A program made the translations under genes and the position numbers. Below are positions 60,371 to 64,000 of a DNA stretch of 64,000 nucleotides, in pieces (the stretch's first letter is position 1; each line of letters begins with the position of its first letter). Source of the DNA: Candidatus Dormiibacterota bacterium (lineage in GTDB: Bacteria; Chloroflexota; Dormibacteria; Aeolococcales; Aeolococcaceae); the NCBI GenBank assembly GCA_963754015.1, contig CAVWEG010000009.1, positions 46,083-110,082 on the forward strand. Reading direction: 5' to 3'. The notes beneath the pieces are model-generated. The model had not been told where the DNA came from. It did no database searches and saw only the letters and a program-made list of their open reading frames with translations.

Positions 60371-60461
60371 CGCCCGTCAAGCGTGGCAGGTCGGTCCCGG
60401 CCGGTGTGGTTAACTGCGGGCTTCAGACCCGTCGACAGCGGGGCACAAAGCGCCCCAGCGA

Positions 60462-60938
60462 GTGGAGGTGCCTGTGGCCGAAACCACGCAGCCCGCGGCG
60501 CGAATGATCGTGTGTCACTTCATCGTCTCCGATGACGTCGAGCGCTCCGCGCGCTTTTACACCGAAGTACTCGGCGGCAGGGTGGTCTTCGGCCCAGCGC
60601 CGACGAATATCGAGCTCGCCAACACGTACATCATCATCAATGGCGGTGGAGGCCCCACCGACGACAAGCCCACGGTCACCCTCGCAACGCCAAGCGACCC
60701 CGACCGAGTCAGCAGCTTCCTCAACATCCGGGTCACGGATATCCAAGCCGTCTACGACGAATGGAGCGCCCGGGGTGCGCAATTCCTGACGCCACCGAAG
60801 CAGCACACGTACGAGATCCGCTGCTACATCCGAGATCCCGACGGTTACATCATCGAGGTCGGGCAAACCACCGACCCAAAGGGAGATTGGTGGCCCGCCG
60901 AGTGGCATCCGATCAACTCCGGCGAGCAATCCGGCTGA
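60462..60938 (+). CDS. VOC/glyoxalase family protein
   Basis: DVERSARFYTEVLG, GGPTDDKP and RDPDGYIIE motifs. Confidence 0.88.
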   Translation: MEVPVAETTQPAARMIVCHFIVSDDVERSARFYTEVLGGRVVFGPAPTNIELANTYIIINGGGGPTDDKPTVTLATPSDPDRVSSFLNIRVTDIQAVYDEWSARGAQFLTPPKQHTYEIRCYIRDPDGYIIEVGQTTDPKGDWWPAEWHPINSGEQSG

Positions 60939-60953
60939 ACCGAGGACCGAGCC

Positions 60954-61754
60954 TTACGCGCTGGCGTGTGCACCATCCGGAAACGCCCAGATCGCATCCA
61001 GGAGTTGTTGCGGAGTCTCGATCTGGGGGACGTGGCCGGTATCCGTCAAGAGCTCATACCGCGCCGATGGGATCGCAGCGGCAAGGGCCCGTCCGTACTC
61101 TGGATCGACGATCTGATCGCTGTCTCCCCACAGCACAAGGGTCGGCACGGTCACCGCGCCAAGCCGATCACGGAGCGTGGGATCGGACATCGACCCCGTC
61201 CCGGCATACACCGCGAGGGATGCGCGGTTGCCGGCCATCGCCTGCTGCTGCGCCGCCGGCATCGTCGACGGATCGATCCGGAACGCGATCGGGTCGTGAT
61301 AGCTGAGCCGCGCGACATCGTCGAGCGTGAGGGAGAAGAAGTCCGCGACAGGATGGCCTTCCACCTCGATGCCGACGCCGTCAACGAGGACGAGTGCGGT
61401 CATCCGCGGCGATCCGAGCAGGGCCATCTCGGACGCGATCCAGCCCCCGATCGAGTTGCCGATGACGGTCACGTCGCGGAGGTCCAGTTCGTCGAGGAGG
61501 CTGACGTAGAGCGCGGCCAGACCCTTGATCGTCGAGAGGTTCTCTGGGCGCTGGGTGCCCCCGAAACCTGGGTGGACCGGGGTGAGGACGCGCACGCGTT
61601 CATTGGCGGCGAACAGGTCGGCGAAACCATCGACGGACTGTGGCCCGGCACCGCCGTGGAGCAGGAGAAAGGCACGTCCTGTCCCTCGGTCGGCAACGGT
61701 GACGTCGACGGGACCGACGCCTTCGACGCTGAGGTGGTGCGTGGTGGTGGTCAT
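60954..61754 (-). CDS. Alpha/beta hydrolase
   Basis: LHGGAG, GNSIGG, WGDSD and GHVPQIE motifs. Confidence 0.9.
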   Translation of the reverse strand: MTTTTHHLSVEGVGPVDVTVADRGTGRAFLLLHGGAGPQSVDGFADLFAANERVRVLTPVHPGFGGTQRPENLSTIKGLAALYVSLLDELDLRDVTVIGNSIGGWIASEMALLGSPRMTALVLVDGVGIEVEGHPVADFFSLTLDDVARLSYHDPIAFRIDPSTMPAAQQQAMAGNRASLAVYAGTGSMSDPTLRDRLGAVTVPTLVLWGDSDQIVDPEYGRALAAAIPSARYELLTDTGHVPQIETPQQLLDAIWAFPDGAHASA

Positions 61755-61794
61755 TGGATCAGCCTCCGTGGATGTTGTCGCTCACGTGTCAGCC

Positions 61795-61836
61795 AGTTTA
61801 TACAAGCATACTGAGAAAAGCAAGTTTATACAAGCA
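61795..61836. promoter_or_regulatory. Paired putative MarR operators
   Basis: AGTTTATACAAGCA repeated exactly at 61795-61808 and 61823-61836 between the divergent hydrolase and MarR genes. Confidence 0.65.
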
Positions 61837-61854
61837 GGCTGAGCATCCTCTGGT

Positions 61855-62304
61855 ATGCTCGACGCCGTGACGCGACCACTCCAAGAAGTCGGCCTTTCGG
61901 TCAAACGGCTCCAGATGCGGCATCATCGCGCGCTCGACGCGGCGCTCGCGGAACTCGACATCACGCTCGTCCAGTGGGACGCGCTGCGCCACCTCGATCA
62001 GAACCCTGACGCCTCGCTGCACGATCTCGCACAGCTGACCTTCCAGACGGACCAGTCGTTCGGCGCGCTCGCCGGCCGCCTGATCGAGCGCGGCCTGATC
62101 GAGCGGGTGCCAGGACCGGGGCGGGCAGTGCATCACCGGCTCACCGAGAAAGGTCGTGCGTTGCGGGTCGCGGGAGGCAGGATCGTCGACGGAGTGGTCG
62201 CTCGTTCCTTTGCCAGCCTCACACCCGATGAGCTCCAGACCTTCGACACCTTGCTCAGCCGGCTTCTTGGGGCGACCGACAGTGGTGCAGAAGCTGGTGT
62301 CTGA
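61855..62304 (+). CDS. MarR-family regulator
   Basis: ITLVQWDAL, LHDLA and RLIERGLIER..LTEKG motifs. Confidence 0.9.
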   Translation: MLDAVTRPLQEVGLSVKRLQMRHHRALDAALAELDITLVQWDALRHLDQNPDASLHDLAQLTFQTDQSFGALAGRLIERGLIERVPGPGRAVHHRLTEKGRALRVAGGRIVDGVVARSFASLTPDELQTFDTLLSRLLGATDSGAEAGV

Positions 62305-62309
62305 CATGG

Positions 62310-62337
62310 AAAACCCGGTCGGGACACACCGACCGGG
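62310..62337 (-). terminator. Intrinsic terminator-like hairpin
   Basis: CCCGGTCGG-6 nt-CCGACCGGG stem followed by TTTT on the minus strand. Confidence 0.5.
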
Positions 62338-62396
62338 CTCATCCAGCGGGCCGAAAGTGAATGCTCTCGCCAAGACGTTCCCTCCCGGCCATAAAC

Positions 62397-62549
62397 CTAG
62401 CTCGCCAGCTGCACCGCGATGACGCGTCGCTCGGGCACAGTCCTGACGCCGACCACGAGGAGATAGAGCACCATCCAGACCTCGGCGATCGCGCACGGAA
62501 TGACGATGAGCGCATGGATCCTCTGGTCGAAGCCCGGGCTGAGGAAGGC
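62397..62549 (-). pseudogene. 3' remnant of a DUF4386-like membrane protein gene
   Basis: Start-less frame AFLSPGFDQRIHALIVIPCAIAEVWMVLYLLVVGVRT..AS*; an in-frame TAA lies just upstream. Confidence 0.55.
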
Positions 62550-62604
62550 CTCGAGCGCCTTCGCGCCGACGACTGACTTCGAACCCTGCCATCGTTAGTC
62601 CGGC

Positions 62605-63573
62605 ATGAAAGCCGCCGTCCACGAACGCTACGGGCCTCCCGAGGTCCTGCATCTCGACGACGTCGAACGGCCCGTCCCCAAGGACGACGAAGTCCTCATC
62701 AAGGTCCGCGCGACAACCGTGAGCCGCACCGACGCGGCATTGCGAGCCGGTGAGCCGTTCTTCTCGCGCTTCATCACCGGCGTTCGCCGCCCGAAGCGAG
62801 CGATCCTCGGCAGCGATGTCGCCGGCGTTGTCGAGGCGGCCGGCGCCGCGGTCACAGAGTTCAAGGTCGGCGACCGCGTGTTCGGCATCAACCCCTGGAA
62901 GTTCGGCGCGCACGCGGAATTCATGTGCATGCGCGCAAGTGGGCCGATAGCGTCGATGCCGGCCGATCTCCCGTTCGATGAGGCAGCAGCGGTGCCCGAC
63001 GGAGCGATCCTCGCGCTCAACGCCCTGAGACCCGCGCGCCTCCACAACGGACAGACGATCCTCATCTACGGTGCGTCGGGTTCCGTCGGGTCTGCCGGTG
63101 TCCAGCTGTCGAAGTTCTTCGGAGCGCAGGTGACCGGTGTGTGCCTCGCGCCGGATGTCGAGATGGTGCGTGCGCTCGGAGTCGACGACGTCATCAACTC
63201 CACGGCGGAGGATTTCACGAAGAGCGGACCGACCTATGACGCCATCCTCGACGCTGTCGGCAACCTCACGTTCAAGCAGTGCCGCAATTCCCTGAAGCCG
63301 GGCGGCGTCTATCTCGCCACCGATGGGTTGCGCAATCTCGTGCTCAGCCCCTGGACCGCTTGGGTCGGGAACAAGCGGGTGCGGTTCCCGATCCCACCCA
63401 AATTCACGAAGCAGGACATGGTGTTCCTCAAGTCGATCGTCGAGGCCGGTAAATATCACGCGGTCATCGATCGCCGTTACCCGTTCGATCAGGTCGTCGA
63501 GGCAACGGAGTACGTCGAGTCGAAGCGCAAGACCGGCAACGTCGTCTTGATCATGGGAGGCGACCCGGACTGA
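62605..63573 (+). CDS. Zn-independent MDR oxidoreductase (NAD(P)-dependent alcohol dehydrogenase-like)
   Basis: YGPPEVL, ILGSDVAG, YGASGSVG, VIDRRYP and GNVV motifs. Confidence 0.9.
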   Translation: MKAAVHERYGPPEVLHLDDVERPVPKDDEVLIKVRATTVSRTDAALRAGEPFFSRFITGVRRPKRAILGSDVAGVVEAAGAAVTEFKVGDRVFGINPWKFGAHAEFMCMRASGPIASMPADLPFDEAAAVPDGAILALNALRPARLHNGQTILIYGASGSVGSAGVQLSKFFGAQVTGVCLAPDVEMVRALGVDDVINSTAEDFTKSGPTYDAILDAVGNLTFKQCRNSLKPGGVYLATDGLRNLVLSPWTAWVGNKRVRFPIPPKFTKQDMVFLKSIVEAGKYHAVIDRRYPFDQVVEATEYVESKRKTGNVVLIMGGDPD

Positions 63574-63621
63574 GCAGATGCGCGTGTCACGGGGGCTGAT
63601 CTGTGACGCCGTCGCTTGCCG

Positions 63622-64000
63622 CTAGGAGAATTCCTTCAGCCGCCCCCACACGCTGGGCAACGGAACATTGAGCGTGCAGAACGTCACTGGCGCGCCTGAC
63701 TCGTAGTTCACCACGTGGTATGGGATCGTGAGATGCGCAACGATCTTTGCCGACGTGCACATGAATCTGACGTCCGACGGCGCGTATCCGACCATGAGGA
63801 CGTCAGTCGCGGCCAGGTGCGCCGGCAACAGGTAGAAGTCGCTCAACTGAGGGCTGTAGCTGTCGGGTAGCGACCTCGCATTGCCATAGATCTGCAGCGC
63901 ACCGGTCACCCCATAGTCGGAGGACACAATCACCGTGGTGTTGCGCTCCGGCACAGGAAGCGCTGCGTAGATCGAGCTCATCTGCTGCGTGATCGAGACC
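63622..64000 (-). CDS. C-terminal part of a probable GT-C (GT39-like) membrane protein; runs off the window
   Basis: DYGVTGAL..YSPQ..F..C....NYESGAPVTFC..W resembles the C-terminal domains of actinobacterial PMT-like proteins. Confidence 0.5.
   Translation of the reverse strand, partial: VSITQQMSSIYAALPVPERNTTVIVSSDYGVTGALQIYGNARSLPDSYSPQLSDFYLLPAHLAATDVLMVGYAPSDVRFMCTSAKIVAHLTIPYHVVNYESGAPVTFCTLNVPLPSVWGRLKEFS

Noticed and set aside
62361-62576. 71-aa acidic plus-strand ORF resembling a precursor peptide
   Set aside because: It is the reverse complement of the DUF4386-like remnant, which explains the D/E/H bias; no modifying enzymes nearby
1-64000. CRISPR array, rRNA, IS/transposase, prophage structural genes
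   Set aside because: No regularly spaced repeats, rRNA signatures, DDE/HUH motifs or phage structural proteins were seen by eye

Overview
High-GC bacterial chromosomal window, probably from a monoderm soil organism (the gene repertoire resembles Actinomycetota, Chloroflexota or Ca. Dormibacterota; this is inference only). From left to right: (1) 1-8.3 kb, a lipid-linked glycosylation cluster (GT-C membrane proteins, GT2, GT4, GDP-mannose pyrophosphorylase/PMM fusion) with a strongly structured ~230-nt intergenic segment; (2) a PiT/DUF47 phosphate pair; (3) 11-25 kb, an accessory tract of small secreted, lipoprotein and membrane genes plus a TetR-epimerase-SRPBCC operon; (4) MMPL/PAQR, an MBL-fold protein, a GT-C, hemE-hemH and an acyl-CoA ligase; (5) an atypical tyrosine recombinase, tRNA-Gly(CCC) and a phage-type HNH gene, followed by PHP, SnoaL-VOC, cNMP-TrxB, a methyltransferase and a sedolisin; (6) a LacI-controlled family-5 ABC/GH3 operon with a 30-bp nested-palindrome operator; (7) a tightly packed PTPS-methyltransferase-GT4-SDR operon that may make a pterin glycoside; (8) MarR, hydrolase and MDR genes. 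No rRNA, CRISPR array or transposase was seen. The best leads are the putative pterin-glycoside operon, the recombinase-tRNA-HNH locus together with a recurring GTNGACAATCRAC motif, the structured RNA candidate at 4.23-4.45 kb, and four +1 frameshifts that all fall on GAGTTC/GAACTC (possibly a footprint of DNA modification). All family calls are by eye from motifs; no database search was run.
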